From NCBI GenBank assembly GCA_000708835.1, contig DF237199.1, positions 1-64,000 of the forward strand: 64,000 nucleotides of DNA, written 5' to 3'. A program made the position numbers and the translations under genes. This document shows, in pieces, positions 1-10,292 of this stretch; position 1 is the first letter of the stretch; each line of letters begins with the position of its first letter. The DNA comes from Klebsormidium nitens (Eukaryota; Plantae; Klebsormidiophyceae). The notes beneath the pieces are model-generated. The model saw only the letters and a program-made list of their open reading frames with translations, ran no database searches and had not been told where the DNA came from.

Positions 1-38
1 ATTTAGAAGTCTTCGCTTCCGGTTATAGCACTTCTCAG

Positions 39-3000
39 TTGACACCGTTGCGACTTAGCACGCTTTCGCCTCCCTCGTCCCTCTCGCCTGTGTCAAGCCC
101 CCCTTGGTAGGATCATGAGATGATGATGCGAGCCTATGATTGTACATATCTTTTTCATTTTGGCCATGATCGCATGTCAAGGACGTTATCTCGCAAGGAC
201 GTCATATCGCACGACAGTACGAGTTCGGCAAGGCCATTCTGTGGATGCAGACCCCGGACGGGCCGGCAGGGAGGCCGTTCTGGTGGGCGGCGTCCGTGTC
301 CGCATTCAGCGGCAACATCAAGCCTGCAGCGCTCGCCTCCTTGCGAGACCGAATGACGCTCAGGTTAGTAATTAGTGGGTTTTGAAGTCTGTTCTGTAGA
401 TTTGTCCAGTTTACCCTGGTATGAAGCTGGTGTTGAATCAATATCTGGCGATCGTACTTCAAATAATTCGTTGTGTATAGTTGTCAGAATGTTTGTTTGC
501 CGTCTGAGCGTATTTCCCAGAAGTATCGCATCTTGCCTGCGATGCTAACATCATTAAAACTGTTACGATGAATTTGAATTGTATCAACTCGCTTTCCTTA
601 CTAGTCAAATGATACCGTCTGTCTGCTCTGAAAGTGTCGCTTCAAAGTGTTTTCTTTTATGATCAAAAAAATATATTCAATCGTTCCTTTACTGGATAAA
701 AGGCATTGTCTGGCACTGTGTCGCCCCTTGCATGCGACACGTCAATTTCGGGCTTGACCAACCGACGTAGTCCCCCCTTTTACGTATTCTGGGGTCTGTC
801 AATCAGAAAGAAGTAAAGTATCACACCCTGCATGCGACACTCCTCCTTACCACTCAAATTTCCTTTGATGCAGCTACTTCAGGACCGTCCTGCCGTCGCG
901 CACCTTCGAGGTCACCCCTGTCCAACTCCAGACTCTCGTGGCGCAGTAAAACCTCCCCAAACTCGTCATCCAACAATTCGTCGTCATCCCAGTTCCGGAG
1001 CTGCGGCACGCGCTCATCACGCGCGCTGGCTTCGTGAAACCCGCCGGCACAATGTTCAAGAACGAAGACCGTGACTACGTGGCCGACGAGCAGGTCATGT
1101 ACTCGCAGTGGGACCTTGAAGAGCTGGACTACCTGGACACAACGCCCTTCAGGGAAGCGGTAATGGGGTGCCGGTGGGAGGTGGACTGTGACGAAGCCAC
1201 CCCCACGATCCGGGTCTGGGACAGGGGGGCTGAACCGCGGACTCTGCCCAAGAAGGAGAAGCTCCCGGCCGCCCCCTATCTGTCAGCCTCGGTCGTGGAG
1301 TCGATTGTAAACCCCCCCCGCTCCCTGGAACTATGGGACCGCAAGATCGTCCTCCAAATCCGCCCGGACTCCCGCCTGGCTGTCATGGCGGTCCGAACGG
1401 ACACCGCGCACCCGGGGGTACTTGGGGAGAAGTTCCCCCCCATTTCCGCCATCACAGACCGCCTGGGTTGGGTGACCTCCAGCAGCCAAGAATTCGACTT
1501 GACGGAGCGACCGGTCCATCTAGTCATGTATCTAGCTGCGTGCGCGAGGGAGGTGGTCGGAGACGCGCGCGCGCTCGAGTCGTCAGTCAGGGCGGCGACA
1601 CAACTGATGTCAGACCTTCTCAGGTTTGACGGAACAGTGGGGATCGCGGTTCTACCGGGCGATACCCCGCTCGACTGGATTGCATCCGGTCTACAGATAG
1701 TCGCCCGCAGGGTCATCTGCTTGGTCCCCAAGAAACTGGAGGTAGGTTAAGCGCAACCTTTTTACCAACTTTAGAGTCTGCTCTAACCTCTACGAGAATG
1801 TAACCAGCTCCTGTGTTTTGTAGCTTTCCTCTGTAATTAAAAAAGTGTTGGGCTTGCCGTATCTCGTCTTGCTTGTTTTCCGTCTTCACTATGATTGCTT
1901 TTGACTCAGGAGAGTTTGATCAGCTGCTGTGTTTTGTAGCTTTCCCCTCTAGGTAATAAAACGTGGGGGTCGCCGTGTGTCTTGTCTTGCTTGTTTTTCT
2001 TGTACACTGTGCAGGAAAGCTCCATAACAGGACCCGCCCTCATCACGATAGTCTTAACTCACTTAAGTCCTAACGAATTGTCTTTCTACTCTCAGAAGGG
2101 GTTCGGGAAGTTCGAGAAGTGGGGAGACAGTGGGACGATGTACCAGGTCGTCTACTTGACTCCAGTCGGGTCCGAGCTGGAGCTCCCCGACCAGTCCAAG
2201 CAGTACGGGTTCGGGCTGACCCACAAGAGGTTCAAGCACGCCGGCACGTTCACGGTAGGTCCTCTTACAAGCAGCTCGGCCCACTGCAAATTTTCGATGG
2301 TGGAAGTTGTAATAGCGTCGCATGCTGCGTGCGATGCTTTTGTAATAAAGGGGTTCGGCGAAACTGATGCCACTCTCCTTGTTTGTTGCAGACCAGTCCG
2401 TGCACAGCGGACCCAGAGAGCCGGCCCCTGGAGACCATCAACAACATTCTCGAGGTAGGTTGTATTTCCTCACGCTGGACAGTGTCGCACCCTGCATGTG
2501 ATGTTTTGAAAGCGGAGCTGCAGCGCTCCAATGACGATGATATGTGAGTTCTTTATGCACAGCAGTGTCTCAAACTGTTTGACGACTGTAGCAAAGTGTC
2601 GCAACCTGCCTGCGATGGTTGCTGTGTGGGAAATAAATATCTGTGTCGAGTTTGCCTCGACTTCAGGTGCTTATTCATCAGGTACTTGTTTCCGCCCTAG
2701 TGTCACAGCCTGCCTACGATGCCTTGTTCTGTTTCAGACTTTTGATGGATCTTGTGCATCTGCTATGTACAGGGCGCCGTCCCCTCTGCGACTGGGAGCA
2801 CGGTAGCTGTGGTTTTAGGGGAGGAGAACGGGTACACGACAGCTGCCCTGCTGAGAAGAAACATGCTGGTGGTGTCGGTACTTAGCCGCAGGCTGCACGT
2901 GTGGATGGGGTCTAAGGGGCGGAGGATCAGATCCACGCCCATCGACATGACGTTCGCCGAGCGGGCGATGGCGTACCGGGCGGGGCAAAAGCTTCCTGAC

Positions 3001-3654
3001 GAGTTCGACCCGCTGCCAGCAGCCCCCGCAGAGACTACCACAGCACCCTCCTCGAAGACAGCCGGGACGGCAACATCTCGAAAGGGGAAGGAAAAGGTAG
3101 CTTCGACGGGGGGAAAGCAAGGGACGGAGAAGAAGACAGGGCCCAGTGCGTCTGGGAAGGGGGGCAAGTCGGGGAAAGTCACCGGGGGCAAGAAGGGGCC
3201 AGCAGGCGCCGTGTCAGGCTCTGGAAAGAAAAACGCGGCGAGCGGTGCGGCGGCAGCCGCTAAGAAGGAGCCCGCGAAGAGGAAGGGTCCTGTTGCGGCG
3301 GAAAAAGAGGGTGAGAAGGCAGGAGGGAGCGAGCCCAAAGAGAAGAAACAACGGCAGAGGAAAGAGAAGGGGGGAACGGCGGAGGGAACGGCAGAGGGCG
3401 GCGGAGAGGGCCCTGCTAAGGACACGAAGGCCAAGGGGAGGAAGAGAAAGTCCGAGGGGGAAGGGGGGGAGAAAAGAAAGAACGGAAGAAGCGAAACAAG
3501 GGGGGGGAGAAGGGCGGAGAAAAACCGGCCGAAGGGGGTGGAGGTGGACCGTCGGCCGTCAGCGATGAGGCGACCGAGAGCAGCCAGAGAGCGCCACGTG
3601 AGGAGTCACCAGCCCCTAGCCATGCCGAGGCCTTGGCTTTTGTCGATTACCTGA
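39..3654 (+). pseudogene. Multi-exon, disrupted gene of unknown function; C-terminal half weakly resembles a degenerate beta-class amino-DNA-methyltransferase fold, followed by a Lys/Gly/Glu-rich tail; 5' end probably outside the window
   Basis: Phase-consistent exons 39-106 (least certain), 218-363, 874-1741, 2015-2254, 2392-2454 and 2773-~3600, all with AG/GT borders. In-frame stops at TAG ~56-58 and TAA 947-949, and a likely frameshift in the G-run ~3499-3507. Spliced segment PESRPLETINNILE-GAVPSATGSTVAVVLGEENGYTTAALLRRNMLVVSV. Confidence 0.6.
1805..2014 (+). repeat. Diverged ~116-bp tandem duplication of an intron 3' end
   Basis: Copy 1 starts at 1805 (cagctcctgtgttttgtagctttcc...gtcttgcttgttttcc) and copy 2 at 1921 (cagctgctgtgttttgtagctttcc...gtcttgcttgtttttc). 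Only copy 2 ends in TGCAG. Confidence 0.85.
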
Positions 3655-4012
3655 TAGAGGAGCCCGAGGATTGAAGATGCAGCACTTGAGGATTAGGAAT
3701 CTCGCAGTGTGATGGGAACAATGTCACTAGTAGACAAAAGAGAGTGAGCTGAAAGATAGAAGAGCTTCGTAGATAACTAATTGCAATCAACAATTCGGGA
3801 AAAAAACAACGACAAACTAAGAATACGACTGTAAATAAAAAAAAAAAACCACCAACCGACGAACTATTCTGGAATGGATCTGTTTGCTTCAAGCTCGTGA
3901 TCTCATACCGACCGGGCAGTCAATCTCTCGGACTACTCAATGCACGACCGCGGCATGAAGTGACCGTGATATTTGATCATAGTCAATTCGTGATTTCGAG
4001 ACGAGCCGCCAC

Positions 4013-4717
4013 ATGCTAACGAAGATCATCGCATCGGTTGCAGTCTCGAGTTCCATCATGTCCTCACCGGCAAGAACAATAGCTGAGCCGCCGGTGACTT
4101 TGTCCGAGTCATCGGACAGCGAAGATAGCGATGATATCGTCGTGCGAAGTTCGGAGGGGACGGTGGACTTGCGCAATTACAAGCGGTTCGCAATAAGCGG
4201 TGATAATATGAACTGCTTCTTCATGACTGCATTTGTGGTGGCAACATTGAACGGAGAGCCCCTAGGAGGGGGAGAGGAGCTTGCTGCCCAGCTGCGGGCT
4301 GGTCGTCGCCCAATCGACTTAGAGAAAGAGGGGTTGAAGGTGCGCGCAACGATAGTTGCCTACCTGCGTGACCACAAGAAGAGGCCTATCCCCCCGCATT
4401 TGATAACGTCCTCGAGGCCCCCGAGCAAACGGCGACCATTGCCAACGTGGGAAAAATTATACCAAGCGCTACGGGACGAGGACGATTTGACTGAATTCGA
4501 AACTTACGTAGACAGAATGTCGCAAAGCGGATGCTGGGGAGGGGACTTCGAGAAAAGGGTCGTATGGGCGATGGGCCACAAGGTAACGGTGGCTAAGGGG
4601 GAAAATAGGAGGAAGATAAGGATCTACCAACCCCAGATGGAGTTTGTACAGTTGAGAGAAAACGAGGCGGTCTGGTACCACGTCGCGGAGTGTCATTACG
4701 ATGTGTTAATGCCATAA
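4013..4717 (+). CDS. Intronless OTU-family cysteine protease / deubiquitinase-like protein (234 aa; alternative start at ATG 4058)
   Basis: Cys-loop ISGDNMNCFFMTA (cf. GDGNCLFRA), YVDRMSQSGCWGGDFE (cf. Y..M...G.WGG..E) and C-terminal His-loop HYDVL, in canonical OTU order. Confidence 0.8.
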   Translation: MLTKIIASVAVSSSIMSSPARTIAEPPVTLSESSDSEDSDDIVVRSSEGTVDLRNYKRFAISGDNMNCFFMTAFVVATLNGEPLGGGEELAAQLRAGRRPIDLEKEGLKVRATIVAYLRDHKKRPIPPHLITSSRPPSKRRPLPTWEKLYQALRDEDDLTEFETYVDRMSQSGCWGGDFEKRVVWAMGHKVTVAKGENRRKIRIYQPQMEFVQLRENEAVWYHVAECHYDVLMP

Positions 4718-6742
4718 AGACCGTAACATGTAGGATTAAAGGCAGTAAGGGAACTTCGCAGACAGAGAGTGTTTTGCTTGATAAAAAGTTGATGTTGGTT
4801 GAATTGCACTGTCAAAATATATGTTGTCGACTCGAGTCGAATGACAATAGTCTGTGAATAGCATCCATGATAAATGAACGTATATGCAATCCCTGAATCA
4901 TGAAGTGGCAGAATGGACAGCAATGATGTCATGCTAATAGGAGGAGACACTGACATGCAGAATCTTTCTTGCACAACTGCCTGCAATTATGTTGACTGAA
5001 TTACCACCCGTGTATAACCCCGGGTATAACCGAGAAAAACCGCAGCAGTCGTGCATAGAGCAAGCCCGTCGGTAAAGGATGTACAGAAAGCTAGCCTAGG
5101 TGTGCGTGCTCCCGCTCTCAGCTACCTAGTACAATCACGGTCCAGATCTTCGAAGTATAGCCAATTACCCGTGGATTTTGCAAGCCCTTCTGCTGACGTC
5201 AGCAAGGCGACCGCGAATACTGCGCGCGCCCCTAAAAAGCGGGCATACGACTACTTTGAGCGCTATGACGTCAGATTTGAGCCGATAACGCTCAAATTTC
5301 CAGCGGTACCGCTCAAATCTGAAGCGGGGCGCTCATACGCTCATGGCCTAAGGCTCATCCCGAGAAATGGCTCCGCTGGTACCCCAGCTCCGGCTATTAG
5401 ATCGCCAGTAGCTAGCTGTGTCAAGCTGTGGGAAGCCCCAGATGCCGAGGTAGGACTAGTTTGACGTTTAGTAAGTAAGTTCTACCTACTATGGGCGTGG
5501 TGTCTAAACTGTTTTCTAGTGTCAGCCAGATCACCGCAATTCGCGACAGGAGACAGCCCCGGCCCCCCCTGGGGGCCAAACATGGGTCTATAGGGTGCTG
5601 AAAACAGCTCAAAGGCTGGTGGCGACAGGGGACAGGGGCGGGGGTGGGGGGGGGAGCCTTGCGGTGATCTGGTTGGGGCTTGAAAGCCTTGCGGTGTATA
5701 CAGCTGTGTGTGGACCGTAACGGTGTACCTATCTACTATCCAACTAGTAAAAAGACCTTACTGCGCCACCTACATTAGCTTTCAGGACATGCACACACAA
5801 CCGGTACCGGTACAATCGTTAGCGCTAGCCAAACATATTGAATGTGTTTAAAAAGCCTCTTATTGGAACCACTTCTCCCCTCTATCATCGACAATATTCT
5901 TGTCATGTACAACTAAACATGCGAGCAATCAAACAGAATTGGAAGGTTGACTCTTAAACTCCTAGAGAATGAGAACATGATGACTCGTTTCATTCTCTCA
6001 ATTTCAAATTCACTCGGTGCAGAAACAGCTCCTTCTGCTCATTTTTGAATTCACCGAAACTCAATATAGTTCACTTGTATGTGCATTGAAATTCGAGAGC
6101 ATCTGGTAGGAGGGAATTTCCCCCTTTCTTGGGGGAATCATAATTCGAAGTAACCATCCCCTTTCTTGATCGTCAATCGATGCAACCTAGCACATCGGGC
6201 TTGCTACATCTGAAGACGTCAGTCAAAAGGCTCAACGTCGCCGAAGATCGTGCTCGGCCTTCCATTGTAAGCTTCAAAAGCGGAGCGCAGTGGCATAGGT
6301 CGCATGGTGAAGAAAGAATCACCACGTGATCCAGCCTGGGGAGGGGGTTCGTCCTTTGCAGCCAATCATGTGTAGGATCCTTTATTCTTATCTAAACTCT
6401 ACTTCGTAATATCATTGACTGAGTGATGCGCGCAGCTTCTGATAAGATGTCTCAGAGCATCAACAATTGACACTGAAGACACTGTCCAGTAAAAGCTTCA
6501 CATTAGACTAATGGGTTGGGCGGTATACTCCTAGTGCGCCCTATTGACCCTATACACACATTTGATGGCCATCCCTCCGGGCCCGAAGACATGCCCTGCA
6601 TTCGCAAACCAGAAACTCAACTTGCCGCAGAAACTACTGAAGCAAGCCCGTATATCCTGACAGTATGCTGAGTTTCTAGCTGTCATATGCTACCAGTTGG
6701 CGGGAGACGTTTGCGCTCCTTCGTGCAGTATTGCCCCACGGT

Positions 6743-8569
6743 CTACCGCTTGCCCTTCTTGGAGGAGCGCTTGTCAGCAGTGCCCTCCTCCTCATCCTGC
6801 ACACCCAACAGACTGGAGATGTCAAAGGCGAGGCACAGCGTTGTCCAACCAGAAATTTAACGAATGATCGAATAGAAAACCATCGCAGCAGCAAACACTT
6901 GAGTTGATATCATTACGGTCAAGGGAGGACCGTGCGATTAGACATGGGCTGGATTGAAGGTCGTTGGTGGCAACCCAACACCATCGCACAATCACCATAG
7001 CACGGGAACACAGCGGATTCATCTGACAGAACCTGCAGAACGTCCTGCCTTATTTTCTTTCATTGTGAAAGTTGTTTCAAGAATTCAGGGGTGGTGAGAG
7101 AACTACAGGGAATCTCTATGCGTCTTGCAAAGGAAGTGTGTTTTACAAGAGTGCACTCAAGCTAGGACAAGCAGAAGACCAGGGATAAGCTGATGAACGG
7201 AGAGGTTCGTCAGGGCAGTCGGGGGGGCAAAACGTATGTGTAAATCCGGAAACATCGAAGGGCTTTGAAAAGGCTCTCATAATTGACAAACCGACCAAAG
7301 ACTGGACGCCAATCAAAAGTTTCAACGTCGAAAAGAACAGGCCAGAGCCCCGGTAGAGTCAATTGGCTTTTAAAACCGTTACCACTGTACTGAAATCAAC
7401 AAAAGCTTGAAAGAGGAACAGATACAAGGCAGCCCACTGACCCGATGGTGGCCGGTGGCGCCGTTCTCGTGCGCGGGCCCGTTCTCGTCCTGGCGCTCCT
7501 TCTTGCGCTTCTTCTTGTCCTTCTTCTCCTTCTCCGCCCGCTCGCGCTCCTCAGCCTCCCTGTCCGCGGTCTCCTCTGCGCGCCCCGTGACCTCGGCCTC
7601 GCCCTCGTCGTCGCCCCCCTGGCCGCTCCCCTCCAGCAGGCCCTCAGCCTCCTCCTCAAAGTCCTCCAGGTGCATGTCCTCCGTCATCGCAGGGGCCTCG
7701 CTCCCGCCGGGCATGTTCTTCTTGTTCCTGCATCGCCAGGGTGGGGACGATCGTGAGCGACGGACAGACCAAGTGCCATACAAACCGTATGTCAAGTGGG
7801 CAGACAACAGTCTGCTGAGCAGGCTCGTTTGGTTGATGCACCCATAAATAAAGACCAACCTGAACCACAGCAATGCGGTGTTTGATTCCATTTGAAGAAC
7901 AAAACGTTGCTGGGCGGGTTTGAGGTGGTGACACACCGCCTGCCTTTAAGTAGCCACAAGCAAGCCTCCGCAATCTACAGCGGAATGGAGCGAGTCCTAT
8001 GGAGAGGCCACACTGCAAAGATAGAATTGTTTCGCTGGGAAAAACCCTTTGACACTCATGCAAGCAAAGTCATGATAACAAAAGGGGCACGAGCTGTCCC
8101 GCACTTCCTGGTTGAGAACTTTCTATTGTATCAGGACGGGAAAAAAGACGCCTGTAAGAGCGGGTCCCTGTAGTAGAGCTTAAATTCCAGTGATTTACCC
8201 CTTTGAGACCAGCTAAAACCAATCAGCGAAGGGGCAGAATTACAGACGCACTTGGTGGAGGTCTTCCAGTCGTGCGCGACCGCCTTGAAGTGCACGGTGT
8301 TGGGGATCTCCGGGTTCTGCGCCTTGCGCAGCTTCATCTGCTCCGACACAAACAGGTTGTACGCGCTGGGGGGCCGCTTCTCCTTCTTCTCTTTCTTCTC
8401 CTTCTTCTTCCGCCCGTTCGCACCACTCTTGCCGCTCTGCGACGGTTCCACATCGTGGTCCAAGCTGAAGCCTGCACAGAAGCGCAGAAAGGGACGAGGT
8501 CAGACCGGCGAAAGGTTCTTCTGCTCACAGTTGCAGAATAAGGTCACCCTCTTGATCCATTTGGCGTAC
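6743..8569 (-). CDS. HMG-box (YABBY-like HMG fold) protein with acidic/basic tail; 5' exons unresolved
   Basis: Exons 8569-8529, 8471-8252, 7727-7442 and 6796-6743 (DEEEGTADKRSSKKGKR*), phase-consistent. Domain KRPPSAYNLFVSEQMKLRKAQNPEIPNTVHFKAVAHDWK matches the HMG-box pattern. Candidate upstream exons lie near 9559-9336, and an alternative terminal exon 7032-6919 has a weaker acceptor. Confidence 0.75.
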
Positions 8570-10292
8570 CTGCCGAAAGGGGCAGCAAAGGGTCAGTGCT
8601 GTGACAAAACTATGCAGCATAAAAGGTTTCTTCACTTCAGTATGAAAGCTTATCTACAAGAAACAATCAGGCTTGTCCTACTTGTCAATATTGAGAAGCA
8701 GAAGATTGGCAAAAGAAGCCAGGTTCCTGAGTGCAGAAAGTGCTGTGCATGTCTGCGATCGTGGTGGCAATGTATTCTGGTAGGACAGGGCGTCTCTTCA
8801 TGCTCAATGTCCAGCCCACATTTGGTTTGGAGCCTTTTCCGAAATCTACGTCTGTCAGCCCACAATACAATCTTGTGCAACAAAGCTGCAGCCAACCTCT
8901 GAGATTCGAGCGTGCAGCATTAACCTGAAAGTCACACTAACAGTTAGATCATCAGAGCGATTTTTTAGCAGTATCCTTGCCCGCCCTTCCAAGCGCCCAT
9001 TACAAACAGAATGGTGATCGTGCTCATCATCAGAAAATTGTTGTACGCACGTCTCATCAAGCAATGTTAAGTCACAGCACCAAGGTGCGTTATAGAGCGA
9101 TGGTATTGGTTCACAGGTCTCTTCTGCAAGCTGACAGAAAGAGGATCAAAAACAGGAGCCATCCACACGTGCGAAACCCCAATTAGTGTCAGGCTATCCT
9201 TGCTGGTGGTTGTGGCGCACATTGTTCAAATAGGCAGCCAACATTATGTGTAGGCAGTCAGCATTATCCTCGTAGAGAATGATGCAATTTTAGGATCAGC
9301 AGTACTCTGCCCTTGGCGGTGTCACCCAAACTCACAGAGAAGGAACCCGCAGAACATGCCGACTTCTTGCTGTAGGGCCACGGGGCCTGCAGCCACAGGT
9401 GCCAACCTTGAGAAACTTGCACCTTGAGAAACTTTTACCTGAAGCCTCAACGGGCTGCTCTCCGGAAAGAGCCCTGGCTATGGCCCCAAAAGTGTACTCC
9501 AAGCCCCGAGCACCAGCGAGGAGAACATTCCTCCACATGTGGGTATCGACGTCCGACATAGCTCAATGCCACCAATGCCCAGCACAGCTCGCTAGGAGCG
9601 CCACATAGGAGGACTGCTAGTGGGACCCCAGGGGCCAAGGCTACTTCTTAGGAGGCCCCACCACGGCCCTTTTGAAGCCGCTTGAGGTTCAGAAGCGCTC
9701 TGCGCTCACCTACTCAATGCTGTCAGAGTTGAAGTGCCAGCATTGCCTTTGATACTGGTTGAGAACTTCTCGTAAAGGCACCTGTGACATGCATCGAGGT
9801 GGGTAAAGGCGGGAAAGGCGCCCGTTTGAATACTGTTCAATACCTACAACTGTTCGGCGAAGTTCGCACTTCCAGAGAGGAACCTTACCTACCGGTATAA
9901 TAAAGGTTCGTTCATACCTAGGCTATTGCGCCGGATCCCATCAGACCTCCGAAGCTAAACGCCTGTGGGCGAGAATAGTACTGGAATGGGTGACCTTCCG
10001 GGAAGTCCTCGTGACGAACCCACTCCTATTGCACCATTGGTATAATAAAGGTACGAGGTCCCTCAAGAGGCGCTCATACCGTACGTAGCTTCTGCGCAGA
10101 CGACCATCCAAGAAGACGCTTAAAAAACAGGCCATACCTATTCTGCAGCCTGAGGGTCAAAGGAGTGATGCTTCTAGTGCGAACCTTCCTCTAGGGTGCA
10201 GTAAAAGTTTCTGGCAGCGGTTTGAAGCGGCCCGGCATCTCGACAAGCAGCGACTGTGCTGACCTGAAAAAACTTTGTGGCGCCAGCTTGAA

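Larger units (their letters stand above)
1..5747 (+). mobile_element. Putative 3' portion of a large Helitron-like (or other DNA) transposon carrying the two genes above
   Basis: Imperfect GC hairpin GTGGACCG-TAA-CGGTGTAC (~5710-5728) about 15 nt upstream of CTAG (5744-5747) followed by T. Also clustered subterminal inverted repeats (5255-5322, 5526-5672), decayed cargo, and an OTU domain, which is a known Helitron/Helentron cargo. No Rep/helicase or transposase ORF is visible. Confidence 0.35.

Noticed and set aside
5051-5464. 137-aa ORF in the element subterminal region
   Set aside because: It overlaps the inverted-repeat array and has no recognisable domain or splice support.
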